The notes under the pieces: model-generated
The model's database searches: none
Seen by the model: the letters and a program-made list of their open reading frames with translations, nothing else
What the model was told of the DNA's origin: nothing
Made by a program: the position numbers and the translations under genes
Part shown: one piece after another, positions 1-11,151 of the stretch
Numbering within the stretch: the first letter of the stretch is position 1
How the letters are laid out: each line of letters begins with the position of its first letter
NCBI GenBank assembly: GCA_038087875.1
Contig: CM075988.1
Coordinates: forward strand, 7,628,001 to 7,692,000
Length of the DNA: 64,000 bases
Direction of reading: 5' to 3'
From: Malacoraja senta
Lineage: Eukaryota

Positions 1-345
1 TCCTTCCATCATGGACATGGGGTACAAGCGCTGTCTGAGTAGAGCTAAGGGCATTACCAAAGCCCCCACACACCCACAATTTGGACTGTTTATACTGCTT
101 AACTCTGGGAGGAGGTACCGCAGCATGAAGAGCGGGACAACCAGGTTCTGCAACAGCTTCATCCCCCAGGCCATAAGATTATTGAACAATCAATTAAACC
201 GAGGCTAGAACTTTTTAAATATCGACACTTCTAAAAAAAAAATAACTGGAGAGTCAAATGCAACGAAATTTCGTTCTAGGTGCACTGTGTATAGGTGTAT
301 ATCTGAATGACAATAAAGTTTTCATTCATTCATTCATTCATTCAT
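1..345 (+). mobile_element. Rex1/Babar-type LINE 3' end with (CATT)n tail
   Basis: ORF 11-208 reads RCLSRAKGITKAPTHP...LLNSGRRYRSMKSGTTRFCNSFIPQAIRLLN, the typical Rex1/Babar ORF C-terminus, followed by GACAATAAA and a (CATT)n tail at about 321-345. Confidence 0.8.
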
Positions 346-660
346 TTCTTGTTTGACCTTCAAGATGATATTGCTGCATTTGTTTAGAACTTGTGTAAAC
401 TTAATCTAGAAAATTTTAAAATCTGGAAAATTGAGACATATATAACTAATATTCCTCTCCCACTCTCTTCCTGCATTACCAGTTCCTAGTTTAGCAAATT
501 AGATTCTTGCATCTTTTCTAAATTGTCAGAAATGTCCTGACCTGAAACTTCACCTGCCCATTCATCTCCACAGATGTTGCCTGACCTGCTGAGTTTCTCC
601 AGAACATTGTGTTTTCGCTCAAGTTTCCAGCTTCTGGAGTTCCTTGTACCTCTCTGGCAG

Positions 661-955
661 GTGTCGGGCCACAGCTGGTAGAGCTGCAGCCTCACAGTGC
701 CACAATCCTGACCTCGGGTGCTGTCTGTGTGGAGTTTGCACGTTCTCCCTGTGACCGTGTGGGTTTCCTCCGGGTGCTCCAGTTCCCTCCCACATCCCGA
801 AGACGTGTAGGTTTGTAGGTTAATTGGCTTCTGTAAATTGCCCCCAAGTGTGTAGGGAGTAGATGTGAATGAGGGATAACATAGATCTAGTGTGCCCAGG
901 TGATCGATGGCGGGCCCAAGGGCCTGTTTCCATGCAGTTTCTTTCTCAACTCCAA
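661..955 (+). mobile_element. HE1-like V-SINE (tRNA-derived)
   Basis: Degenerate tRNA head, V-domain GGAGTTTGCACGTTCTCCCTGTGACC..GGGTTTCCTCCGGGTGCTCC, and CR1-like tail GGGCCTGTTTCC. Confidence 0.75.
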
Positions 956-1624
956 ATCTCTTTGCTGTGGTAGCGGTAATACATGTACTGATTCACACTT
1001 TCCTCACTGCTATATAGACCAGGACAAGCTAGGCTTTCTTGCTCTTCCCCTCCCTGAAAATCACCTTGACATGCAAGAGCAATCAGAGGCTGATTACTGT
1101 GTGTTTTGTGATGGGAGTGGAGTGTTTATGCCTTGTACTAAGATTTTGATCTTTAATTTTTTTCCTTTGGTCCCATTCCATCAGGCTGACCTTTTCAAAC
1201 TATAAATATCACTGTGCATGGCAGCAGCCAAAGAGAAAATAATGTCTGTCGTCAGCAGCGAGAGGTCAAATAATTATTCAACAGTTGCGACCTAACTTCT
1301 GAACAACTTCTGCTGTTCCAGCTTTAATAAAGAATCGATCTGTCTTCGCTGGTTCCAACTTGAGAAAAGTTTCAGAAACACCCTGTCAAATCTAGTAGCG
1401 TTTCGTTTCATCCCCATTGGCAAGATGATAGATGCCCTCGAAATTATTTCATCACTCTTGTTGCGGGCAGTGGACAGAGTTGAGATTAATGGGCCTGTTC
1501 ACCGTAAGTCAAAGGCATAACAACCCTCTGTCCACCTCGCCTAGATCTATGAATGTTGGCCTGTGTGCAGCCAATGCTAGCTTCATTGCACTGAAGGTGT
1601 CAATATGGTGAGCTTCGTTGGAAA

Positions 1625-2270
1625 TGCAAGGAGCTGCAGATAGACACAAAATGCTTGGTCAACTCAGCGGGACAGGCAGCATCTCTGGATGCAAGCCATT
1701 TCTTCTATCTAGAGATGTTGCCTGTCCCACTGAGTTAATCCAGCATTTTGTTTCTATCTTCAGTGTAAACCAGCATCTGCAGTATCTTCCTACACACGGG
1801 AACTGCAGAACGCTGAGGCTGAATTCCCAACCAACCACAACACTAAAATAGACACAAAGTGCTGAGGTTACTCAGCGGGTTGGGTAGGCAGCATCTCTGG
1901 AGAATGTGCATCGGTGACATTTCCGGTCGGGACCCTCCTTCAGATTCTACAAGGAACTGCAGATGCTGGTTTACAAACATATAGACACAAAGTACTGGAG
2001 TAACTCAGTGGGTCAGGCAGCACCTTTGGAGAACATGGATAGGGAAATAAATAGAGTGCAGAGTATAGTTCTCAGCGTTGTTGTGGACCAGTTCCAGAAA
2101 AACAAAATCCAGTCATGATCTGATAGAGTCAGAGTTAAACAAAACGGGCAACAGCAAGTAAGAATTTCATAGATAGACACAAAAAGCTGGAGTAACTCAG
2201 CGTGACAGGCAACATCTCTGGAGAGAAGGAATGGGTGACGTTTTGTGTCGAGACCCTTCTTCAGACTCAG
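1625..2270. repeat. Cluster of Penelope-like-element (PLE) terminal-repeat fragments in both orientations
   Basis: Repeated unit GATAGACACAAAA-GCTGGAGTAACTCAGC-GGCAGCATCTCTGGAGA...GGTGACGTTTCGGGTCGAGACCCTTCTTCAG. The same unit lies directly downstream of a PLE endonuclease remnant at 31916-32440. Confidence 0.7.
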
Positions 2271-3024
2271 AGTAAGAATTTCATAGTTCTGTTTCGGAAC
2301 ACATGACAATAAAACACTCCTGACTCTCCCTTGAAGGGTTTACTGCAGAGTAATACCCCATTTGCTCTGCTCCAATGAACTGCTTTAACCCTGAATATCG
2401 GAGATCACCTCTAATGACCAGTGTGGCATTTCTCCTTTCCACAACATCCTTACAGAGCAATGTCATCATCTGTTGGTTCAGAGATACCAGGAGAGCTCCC
2501 TTGGTTTCTAGTAGTGCCAAGGAATAATTCACAACCCTCTGAAAGGGCAGAGAGACCTTTGGTTTAATGATGTATCAAAAATATGATATCCTCAATGATG
2601 CATTGAAGTTTAGGCCAAGGTTATTTGTGGCCTGAAAGGGTCTTTTTTTGCATTTAGTGAAAAAAAATGTTGCTTCTGATCCACAGATGACACCTAGGTT
2701 TAATTTAGTTTTGCTGAGTTGTCTAATAACACCATTAACCTGTTTACTATTTAAAGGCACAAAATGCCAAGGAACATGTTTTACCATGTGTCCTGAAAGT
2801 TGCATGCTTAAGTGTGTGAATAATGAGTATAGAGGCTCCTCTGTCATCACCCTTACCATCAGATGCAGTTTGTCCTTCAACTTATATTCCATTGAAATAA
2901 CCGAGGGATTGATCTGTTAAGATAACAACCAGTGATTGAGTAATAGTCTTCCACTATAGAAACACATCCTTTGTCCCATCGACTTTACACACACCATTTT
3001 TTGATTTATATTCTGCACATATAC

Positions 3025-3380
3025 ATAAACATATGAGAGGAATAGATCGGGTAAATGCACATTCTCTTCTTGCCCAGTGTAAGGGATAGAGAACCAGAGG
3101 GGATAGGTTTAAGTTGAATGGGGAAACATTTTACAGGAATCTGAGGGGTAATATTTTCACAGAGGGTGGTGGGTGTATGGAACGAGCTGCCAGAGGAGGT
3201 AGTTGAGGCAGGGAATATCGCAATGTTTAAGAAGCAATTCGACGGGCACAGTGATAGGACAGGTTTAGAGGGATATGGGACAAACATAGGCAAGTAGGAC
3301 TAGTGTAGATGAGACATTTTGCTCGATGTGGGCTAGTTGGGCCGAAGGGCCTATTTCCACACTGTATGACCCTATGATTC
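3025..3380 (+). mobile_element. CR1 (HER1-like) LINE 3' fragment
   Basis: TTTTCACAGAGGGTGGTGGGTGTATGGAACGAGCTGCCAGAGGAGGTAGTTGAGGCAGG encodes the CR1 ORF2 end (F.QRVV..WN.LP..VVEA); tail GGGCCGAAGGGCCTATTTCC. Confidence 0.8.
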
Positions 3381-3813
3381 CATTCCCATCATCCCCCTCT
3401 TCCCAAATTCCTCCCTCACCTACACTAGGGCCAGTTACGACTTGGGTGGGAGTCCATATTGGTACATTCTTGGCTCTGGAAAAGGTGATAATGAGTATAA
3501 TGTTTAGTGGAAAGATGATTTTGTCATTTGCCTGTCAGTCTTTGTTTAGAGTAAGGGGTGAAAAGAGATTGGATGTGATGGGCTGGAACCAAGAGAGACT
3601 GAATGAAGAAATGATGTTGGTGTTGCCTGAGAGAGGTTGGTGACGGCTTGCTATCTAAGATGTGCGGGTGCAGTTAAAGAATCCATGTACTTTGAGTATG
3701 AGCCAGAGACATTAATGAACAGAAAGCAGAAGCTATTGAGGGTGTAGATGAAATGTAGGAAGGAACTGCAGAAGCTGGTTTAAAATGAAGATAGACACAA
3801 AATACTGGAGTAA

Positions 3814-4065
3814 AGGGCTTGTCCCAATATACGAGGTCATTCAAGAGTTTTCCCGAGTTTTCCCCTGATTCGAACTCAGAGAATGTCCGTAGCGGGTCCG
3901 TAGGAGTTCGTGGATGTCTCGTAGCAGCTCGTACGAGTAACGGTAGGTACTCGGGAAATCCGGTAAACTCGTGACGTTTTTTCAACACTGTGAAAAATGT
4001 CCACGAGTAAAAAAATACTTGTGATGAAATTTTTTAAAAGCTTTTCCCTCGTACGAGCCGCTACA
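3814..4065. mobile_element. Truncated PIF/Harbinger-type non-autonomous element (one end only)
   Basis: Starts AGGGCTTGTCCCA directly after TAA (3811-3813) inside a PLE repeat. CpG-rich body similar to 57915-58167 and to the ends of 29786-31912. Confidence 0.6.
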
Positions 4066-4357
4066 GGTTCACAACATAACCAGTCTCCTTGTTCACATCA
4101 TTGCCACAACACTTAATTCATTCTTTCTCTCCATAACTTTGACCTCCAACAACCTTTATGCAGGAGTGCAGATAATCTTCGGAACAATGGGAAGCTGTTC
4201 AGCCCATGGCAACTACACTCTAGAACAACAGCAACCCTAATCTCAGTATTAACACTGCTGTGTGAAGTGACGCCAATGTTTGCCTATGTTTGTCAAGTAT
4301 TGTAGAATTCTTCACTGATGTATACGAGAAGATGGGCCTTGCACTCAGTGTCTTAAG

Positions 4358-4578
4358 GTCATAAGAATTAGGCCATTCGGCCATCAAGGCTTCTCCGCCA
4401 TTCAATCATGGCTGATCTATCTCTCCCTCCAAACCTCATTCTCCTGCCGTCTCCCCATAACCTCTGACACCTGTACTAATCAAGAATCTATCAATGCCTT
4501 ATAAATATCCACTGACTTGGCCTCCACAGCCTTCTGTGGCAAAGAATTCCACAGATTCACCACCCTCTGACTAAAGGC
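4358..4578 (-). mobile_element. CR1 LINE 3' fragment
   Basis: Reverse complement of the CR1 ORF2 end (TTCTGTGGCAAAGAATTCCACAGATTCACCACCCTCTGACT) plus 3' UTR. Related copies lie at about 6355-6580, 11325-11475, 13180-13400, 18540-18880, 25150-25290 and 39508-39810. Confidence 0.8.
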
Positions 4579-4579
4579 A

Positions 4580-4812
4580 TTAACGCTATCCTACACACAC
4601 TAGGGACAATTTACAATTTTTGCCAAACCAATTAGCCCTTAAACCTGCACATCTTTGGAGTGTGGGAGGAAATCGGAGTTCCCTGAGAAAACCCACGCAG
4701 GTCACGGGGAGAACGCACAAACTCTGTACAGACAGCACCCGTAGTCAGGATGGAACCCGGATCTCTGCCGCTGTAAGGCAGCAACTCTACCGTTGCGCCA
4801 CCGTGCCGCCCC
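4580..4812 (-). mobile_element. HE1-like V-SINE
   Basis: Reverse complement of the tRNA head (GGCGGCACGGTGGCGCAACGGTAGAGTTGCTGCCTTACAGC) and the V-domain. Confidence 0.8.
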
Positions 4813-5169
4813 GCCCAGATGATCTGGTTTCCTTCTGTGCAGCTCGGCAGGCTAATTTGGCCAGTGTGAATCGCCCCTTGATGTGGTAGAATCTGGGGGC
4901 AGTTGATGAGAATGCGAGAAGAATTTTTTTTAAGGAACTAATGTAAGATTAGTGTAAAGGAATGAGAGATGGCCAGCGTGGGTTTGGTGGTTGGATGAGC
5001 CTTTTCCATCTGTTGGCCGCTGTGACTCAATGCTCATGTATTAGAGTTGCGAATTATCTACTGGGAAGATTGATGAGTTGCAAATTGTTTAGAAATGTAG
5101 GTAGAGAGGAAGGTAGATACATAGAGAGAGAGAGAGGGAGAGAGCTGTAAGATTAGCCAGGTATTGGAA

Positions 5170-5725
5170 GGGTGGGTTAGGAAAACACATTTACTAGAGA
5201 AAGAGGACATCTCGGATGTCCTTGAATGGAAAGCCTTATCCTGGGAGCAGATGCTGTGGAGACGGGGGAATTGAGAATAGGAGCTAGCGTCTTTGCAAGA
5301 GGCGGGGTGGGAAGAATCGTAGTCCAGATTGTAGCAGATTGACGCAAAAAGCTGGAGACTCTGAAGAAGGGTCTCGACCCGAAACGTTGCCCATTCCTTC
5401 TCTCCAGAGATGCTGCCTGTACGGCTGAGTTACTCCAGCATCTTGTGTCTATCTTCAGTTTAAACCAGCATCTGCAGTTCCATCCTACAGGTTTGTAGTA
5501 GACATGAGTTGATAGTATGTCCCCTGTGATGGAGACAGAGATCAAGAAAGGGGAAGGAGATGGCAGAGACAGTTCAAGGTGCATTTGAGGGCAGGGTGGA
5601 AGTTAGTAGTGATGTTAATGAACTCAATGAGTTCTACATGGGTGCAGGAAGCAGCCCCGAAGCAGTCATCGATGCAGGGGAGAAAGAGTTGGGGATAGTG
5701 CCTGTGTACGCCTGGAACACGTATC
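5170..5725 (-). pseudogene. Penelope-like element reverse transcriptase fragment, interrupted by a PLE terminal-repeat copy at about 5335-5490
   Basis: Minus-strand peptides CIDDCFGAASCTHVELIEFINITTNFHPALK (degenerate YIDD motif) and ISVSITGDILSTHVYYKP match PLE RT palm/thumb motifs. Frameshifted. Confidence 0.75.
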
Positions 5726-6959
5726 ATGATTGCATTGTGTTGTAGATATATAAAAACTCATGATTTAATAAATCTTCAATGTAGTTTTGTGGATTTAATT
5801 TGGTGATTGTTGAGAAATAATTCATGCAGCTTCCCCGTAAATACCTCCTGTGGCACAGACCGGCTCTCTGTAAGGGTTAAGGGGAGTGATTTGCTTGGCG
5901 CCCAGTGCTTGTGACTTCCTGCCAGTTGCTTGTTGTTAATCATGGACATCAGAGATGTTTCTATTAGCAGAGTGTTGGATAAATTCCCAATTTCCCCAGC
6001 TCAGCAATTTACAAGTCAATTTGTAATGCAATCTTTGCAGGGTGTGTGTCAGCATTGGAAACAAAATGTTGATTCTCATTTTTGCATATTTGTGGAGTTT
6101 GTAATGAATACTAGAAAACATAAATTATTATTAATTTGCTTTCTCTATTGGTGATGGGGAAAAGCTCTCCAAACTCAACAAACCCTCACCATTTAAATAA
6201 ATATTTTACATTTATCATGCCAAAGTAGACAATATTAAATTTTCCACATTTTTGTTCTAAATGCTGACATCGACTGTCAAAGCAATAATGCACACTTCCA
6301 AGTTAAGATAAAGCAGCATGAATGTATTCTCAGGCCAGGGTATCATAAGATCATCAAAAGATCATCAGATATAGGAGCAGAATTAAGCCATTCGGATCAT
6401 CGAGTCTCCTCCGCCATTCTATCAGGCCTGATTTATTTTTCCCTCTCAACCCCATTCTCCTGCCTACTCCTGGTAACCTTTGACGCCCTTGTTAATCAAG
6501 AACTGATTAATCTCCACTTTAAAAATACCCATTGACTTGTTCTCCACTTGTGACAATGAATTCCACAGATTCACTACCTTGATGCTTGTTACCTGTTGAA
6601 GGGCTTGAAATTCACTCTGGTATCCTAAAAATATTAATTTTCCACTTGCAAGCAGAAGGTCATCTATTAATTCCTCACTCCCTCAAGCACCAAGGGAATG
6701 CAACATAGGAAACAAAGTGCTGGAGTAACTCAGCAGGTCAGGAAGCATCTCTGGAGGACATGGATAGGTGACGTTTCGGGTGGAGGTCCATCTTCTTGTA
6801 CTGCTGTGATACTCCAGTACTTTGTGCCCTTTTCTGTATTACCCTGCATCTGCAGTTTTTTGTTTCTACAATGCAACATAGGAGTTTATTCCTTAAGCCT
6901 CCAATTCAGTTTTGCCATCTTAGTGTGTTTGTCTCCAGCACAAATGCATTCAACCACAT

Positions 6960-7285
6960 CTCAGTTTAGTTTAGTTTATTGTCACGTGTACTGAGGTACA
7001 GTGAAAAGCTTTTGTCGTGTGCTAACCAGTCAGCAGAAAGACTATACATGATTACAATTGAGCCATCCACAGTGCACAGATACACGATAGAGGGAATAAT
7101 ATTTGCTGCAAGGTAATGTCTGATTAAAGATAGTCCAAGGATCTCAAAGAGGGAGATAGTAGCTCAGGACTGCTCTCTAGTTGGTGATAGGATGGTTCAG
7201 TTGCCTAATAACAGTTGGGAAGAAACTGTCCCTGAATCTGGAGGTGTGCGTTTTCACACTTCTGTACCTCTTGCCTGATGGGAAA
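6960..7285 (-). mobile_element. Rex1/Babar-type LINE 3' fragment with (TAAAC)n tail
   Basis: Reverse complement encodes P.G.RYRSVK..TSRFRDSFFP.VIRQLN. Related copies lie at about 33120-33470, 35195-35870 and 60605-60910. Confidence 0.75.
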
Positions 7286-7377
7286 GAGGATGTATACGTG
7301 CCTGCTCTTGATAGTGTCATGCCCGTGCCATTTGTTTTGTTTCCATAATATTTTTTTAAAGGAAGCCATTGCCTTTA

Positions 7378-7936
7378 AGGGCCTGTCCCACTTGGCCGTC
7401 ATTTGCGCGCCATTTACGCGACCTCCAAAAGTGTGGTCGTCGTGTTGTGATGCACGGGTAACGTGTGGGTAGTGCGGGACGGGCGCATGGAGAGGCGTGG
7501 AGGAGTGTGGAGTTGCGCACGGTATCGCGTCGCGCTCCAGGATTTCGTGCTGCATGAAATCCTTGCGCACCACCTGTGTGACGTACATCACGTACGCACG
7601 CTGACGCATTGGCGTCCCAACATCTCACGTGTATCGCGTGGTGACGCATGGTTACGTCACCGTGCGTAACCATGCGTCGCCGCGCACTGCAGGGTATTCT
7701 AATGATGTCACGCGCACCAGACGGCATGATGACGCATGAGCGTAATCATGAGGATTTCGTTAGGCACGAAATCCTGGAGCGCCGCGCGATACCACGCGCA
7801 ACTCCACACTCCTCCACGCCTCTCAATGCGCCCGTCCCGCTCTACCCACATGCTACCCGTGCGTCACAATGCGTCGACCTATTTTACATATGACGCGTAA
7901 ATGAGGCACAAATGACGGCCAAGTGGGACAGGCCCT
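7378..7936. mobile_element. PIF/Harbinger-type MITE, strongly palindromic
   Basis: TIRs AGGGCCTGTCCCACTTGGCCGTCATTTG / CAAATGACGGCCAAGTGGGACAGGCCCT; TTA duplicated at 7375-7377 and 7937-7939; long internal inverted arms. Confidence 0.9.
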
Positions 7937-8369
7937 TTACTCTACATGAAGTTGCCCCACAGGCAATGAAGGATGGACTTCTGGAAATACATGATAAAGC
8001 TAGTCAAGAACTACCATCTTTTTCAGGGATTAATAGACTTCATAGGACAGATTGTTTCAGTATTTCCAGGGTACAATATAAGGTGATGAATTGAGAAAAG
8101 AAAAGAAACTCATGCGTTTATAGAGCCTTGCTTGCTGCCTCGACACCACACTGTGATGCCCTTTGTAGCTGGAGATATCTCCCTGTGTTTGTGGGGAGAT
8201 AGGATCTTGCTGATTCAGTCCATGTATTGTTGAAACTTCACCTGCTACCTCGTCTTTTATCAACTCACATTTTTATCTTCTTTTCCATGAGCTTTAGCAG
8301 AACTTGTAAAAAAAAATGCTGCAGAGAGAAGGATTTGCAATTGCTAGTTTAGAAAAAAACAACTTACAG

Positions 8370-8815
8370 AAAGTGCCAGAATAATTCAGTACATCAGGCA
8401 GCCTCTCTGGAGAACATGGATAGGTGACGTTTCGGGTTAGGACCCTTCTTCAGATTGATTGTGGTGGGGGTGGGGGGGGGAAGCTATAAAAGAGGTGGGA
8501 GTGGGATAAAGCCTTGCATGTGATAGGTAGATACAGGTGAAGGGGGTTTGATTGTCAGATGAGTGGACAAAGGCTAGAGATGAAAAGGAGCCAACATTGT
8601 CTCAGAAAATGAGAGATGAGCAGTGAAATAGAGGGATATAGGTGGAAGTGTGCTGGAGGGACAGCGAAGGGCGGGGGGGGGGGGGGGGGGGGGGGATAGT
8701 GGGATAAATGGGTGCGTTCCAGGCTGGGGCACAGGGAAGAGAGCGGGGAAGAAAGGAGGAGGGATGTTTATTACCTAAAATTGGACAATTCAATGTTCGT
8801 ACTGTTGGGTTGTAA
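8370..8815 (-). mobile_element. Penelope-like element 3' end (end of endonuclease, pyrimidine-rich 3' region, terminal repeat)
   Basis: Minus strand encodes ..LQPNSTNIELSNFR*, followed by a poly-C-rich tract and the hammerhead-like repeat unit. Confidence 0.7.
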
Positions 8816-9050
8816 ATTTCTGCTTTCATTTGGGTTTCATTTTCATTTCTTCTTTATTTCTCTGTATTGAATTGTAAACCATTTGGTTTAGCTTGTTCGT
8901 TTGCTTTTCCCGACGTCTTTAGTGTTTTCTATTCAGTGATCTACTTCACTTTCTCTGCCAGTCTGTCCATGGCCTTTCCCGCGGTGGTTTTGAGAATCGC
9001 TTTTCACTTTGATTCATAGTGTGCTTTTGCTTCAGCTGCTTGGAGGTTTA

Positions 9051-9214
9051 AGGGCCTGTCCCACTTGGGCGTCATTTGCGCGTCATTTACGCGACGAAAT
9101 TTACGCGTCGTGACGCACACGTGATGCACATATGGTCCAGGATTTTGGGATTCGCAAAACTTTCGCGCACCACCTGCGTGACGCGCAAATGACGCCCCAA
9201 GTGGGACAGGCCCT
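9051..9214. mobile_element. PIF/Harbinger-type MITE (164 bp)
   Basis: TIRs AGGGCCTGTCCCACTTGGG / CCCAAGTGGGACAGGCCCT; flanks TTA and TAA (imperfect TWA duplication). Confidence 0.85.
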
Positions 9215-9601
9215 TAACACCTTCTGATTTCTATCCTGGGTCTCAAAGCACAAAGTGTTTAGGAGCGATAAGGAGAGAGGTGGGGGGGAACCAGATTGGC
9301 ACCAGTTAGAAATGTGGCTGGAACGCTGAACAAGATTTGGAAGGCCAGTCGCACAAATAAGTTGAATATTGATGATGTGTAGAGGTGTCTTTGGATGTGA
9401 CGTGTTAACATGGAAAGGAGATACATATTACAAATGTTTTCAGATCCAGAAGCTGCAGAAAAATCCTCCTGGCTTGGATTTTATTTTCCCGCTGGGGTTA
9501 CCACTTGCATTGAAATACATGTTGTCAAAGCCACTCTGCAGTATTTGATGAATCACAAGAAAGCTCATAACGATAAGGGAAAAATATGCAGCCCAGAGAA
9601 G

Positions 9602-9860
9602 GTCGGCACAGTGGCGCAGCGGTAAGAGTTGCTGCCTTACAGCGCCAGAGACCCGGGTTTGACCCTGACTATGAGTGCTGTCTGTATGGAGTTTACACAT
9701 TCTCCCTGTGACTGCGTGGGTTTTCCATGGGTGCTCCGGTTTCCTCCCACAACCCAGAGATGTGCAGGTTTATAGGTTAATTGGCTTCGGTGTGTGGGAT
9801 AACGTTAGTGTATGGGGATCGCTGGTCGACGAGGACTCGGTGGGCCGAAGGGCCTGTAGT
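9602..9860 (+). mobile_element. HE1-like V-SINE
   Basis: GGCACAGTGGCGCAGCGGTAAGAGTTGCTGCCTTACAGCGCCAGAGACCCGGGTTTGACCC (A and B boxes), V-domain, CR1-type tail. Confidence 0.85.
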
Positions 9861-10393
9861 TTTGAAGGTTAATTGGCCCTCTGTAAATTATCCCTAGTGT
9901 GTCTATGGTATATAGACACACTGAACTGTTATCACCTGTTCTGTATTATGTTTACAAATTCTGTTGTGCTGCAGCAAGCAAGAATTTTATTGTCCTATCT
10001 TGACTCTTGACTCTTGAATACAACTCATGTGTGGGTGATCACTGGTCAGCGCAGACTCGATGGGCCAAGGTGACTGTTTCCATGCTAGATCTGTACACTA
10101 AACTAAATGAAAAAGTATCTGCTTCCGTGTAGAGCCACTCAAATCTAGACTCTCTTGGGTTAAATACATGCCCAGCTTTACAACCCTCTGCACATTCAAT
10201 ATTCTTGCAAAAGAGAGCACCTTCAAGTAAGGGAGGAATAACATTTGGTGGAGGAATTTGTAGAAGTACAACATCTGAACTGGATTGATTGATTACATGA
10301 TGTGTTTTAGAATCACTTTATTTAATGAATGTTTTGTAATGAAGATCGAGACAGATTGACTCTTATGAGATCAAAAGGACGAGTGAAACTTTA

Positions 10394-11151
10394 AGGGCCT
10401 GTCCCACTGCGGAGACCTAATTGGCGAGTTTAGAAGAGTTTACCCTTGACTCATACTCGCAGCATGGTCGACACGGGGTCCTAGAAGGTCTTTGTAACTC
10501 TCCTTCATGCTCAAGAGTAGTCCCCGCGTACTCGAGGCCTCAGCTAGGTCGCAGCGTTTTTTTCAACATGCTGAAAAATGCCTGCCATGGAAGGTCGCCA
10601 TGGAAAAAATCAATATTTTTTCACTCGTAGGTTTAGTCATAGTAGGTCCTTGTAGATCGTAATGCTATTCGTAGGTAATCGAAGGCAATCAAAGGTAATC
10701 GAAGGTAGTCGAAGGTAAAGCTCGTTGAGAAAAAAAAGTACGTAAACCGACCGGTAATGTTAAATGCCCGCTAAACTTTATTAAAAGTTGTCTGGCTTCT
10801 TAAAAGTGTCTCCCCTCCTTCTCCCCTCCTTCTCCCCCCTTCTCCCCCATTCTCTCTCCTCTCTCCCCTTCTCTCCCCCCCCCCCTCTCCTCGCTCTCTA
10901 AAGGGCTTTCCGTAACTGTGGCAGCCGTCTTTTACCTTCCTGTTCATCGCGGATGTGAATTTCAGATAGCGCTCCCCCCCCTTTACCTGGCCCCTGCATT
11001 TGCGATGTGTTTGTGTGTGTGTGCGGTCGGTCGATCCGGCTCGCGGTTTCATCGCTGACGGTCGATCCAGCTCGAGGTTTTTCAGGCGAGTGCCCTAGAG
11101 CTTGAAGGTCGAAGACAGTCGCTGAAAAGTCGCGTCAGTGGAACAGGCCCT
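10394..11151. mobile_element. PIF/Harbinger-type non-autonomous element (758 bp)
   Basis: TIRs AGGGCCTGTCCCACTG / CAGTGGAACAGGCCCT; TTA duplicated at 10391-10393 and 11152-11154; no transposase ORF. Confidence 0.85.

Noticed and set aside
7378..7936. Long hairpin as a possible structured ncRNA or miRNA precursor
   Set aside because: Explained by a Harbinger MITE with TIRs and a TTA duplication; arm mismatches show no strand bias, unlike 18964-19618.
9602..9680. tRNA-like sequences with A and B boxes (also 39829-39900 and others)
   Set aside because: They are SINE heads continuing into SINE bodies and tails, with no complete cloverleaf.
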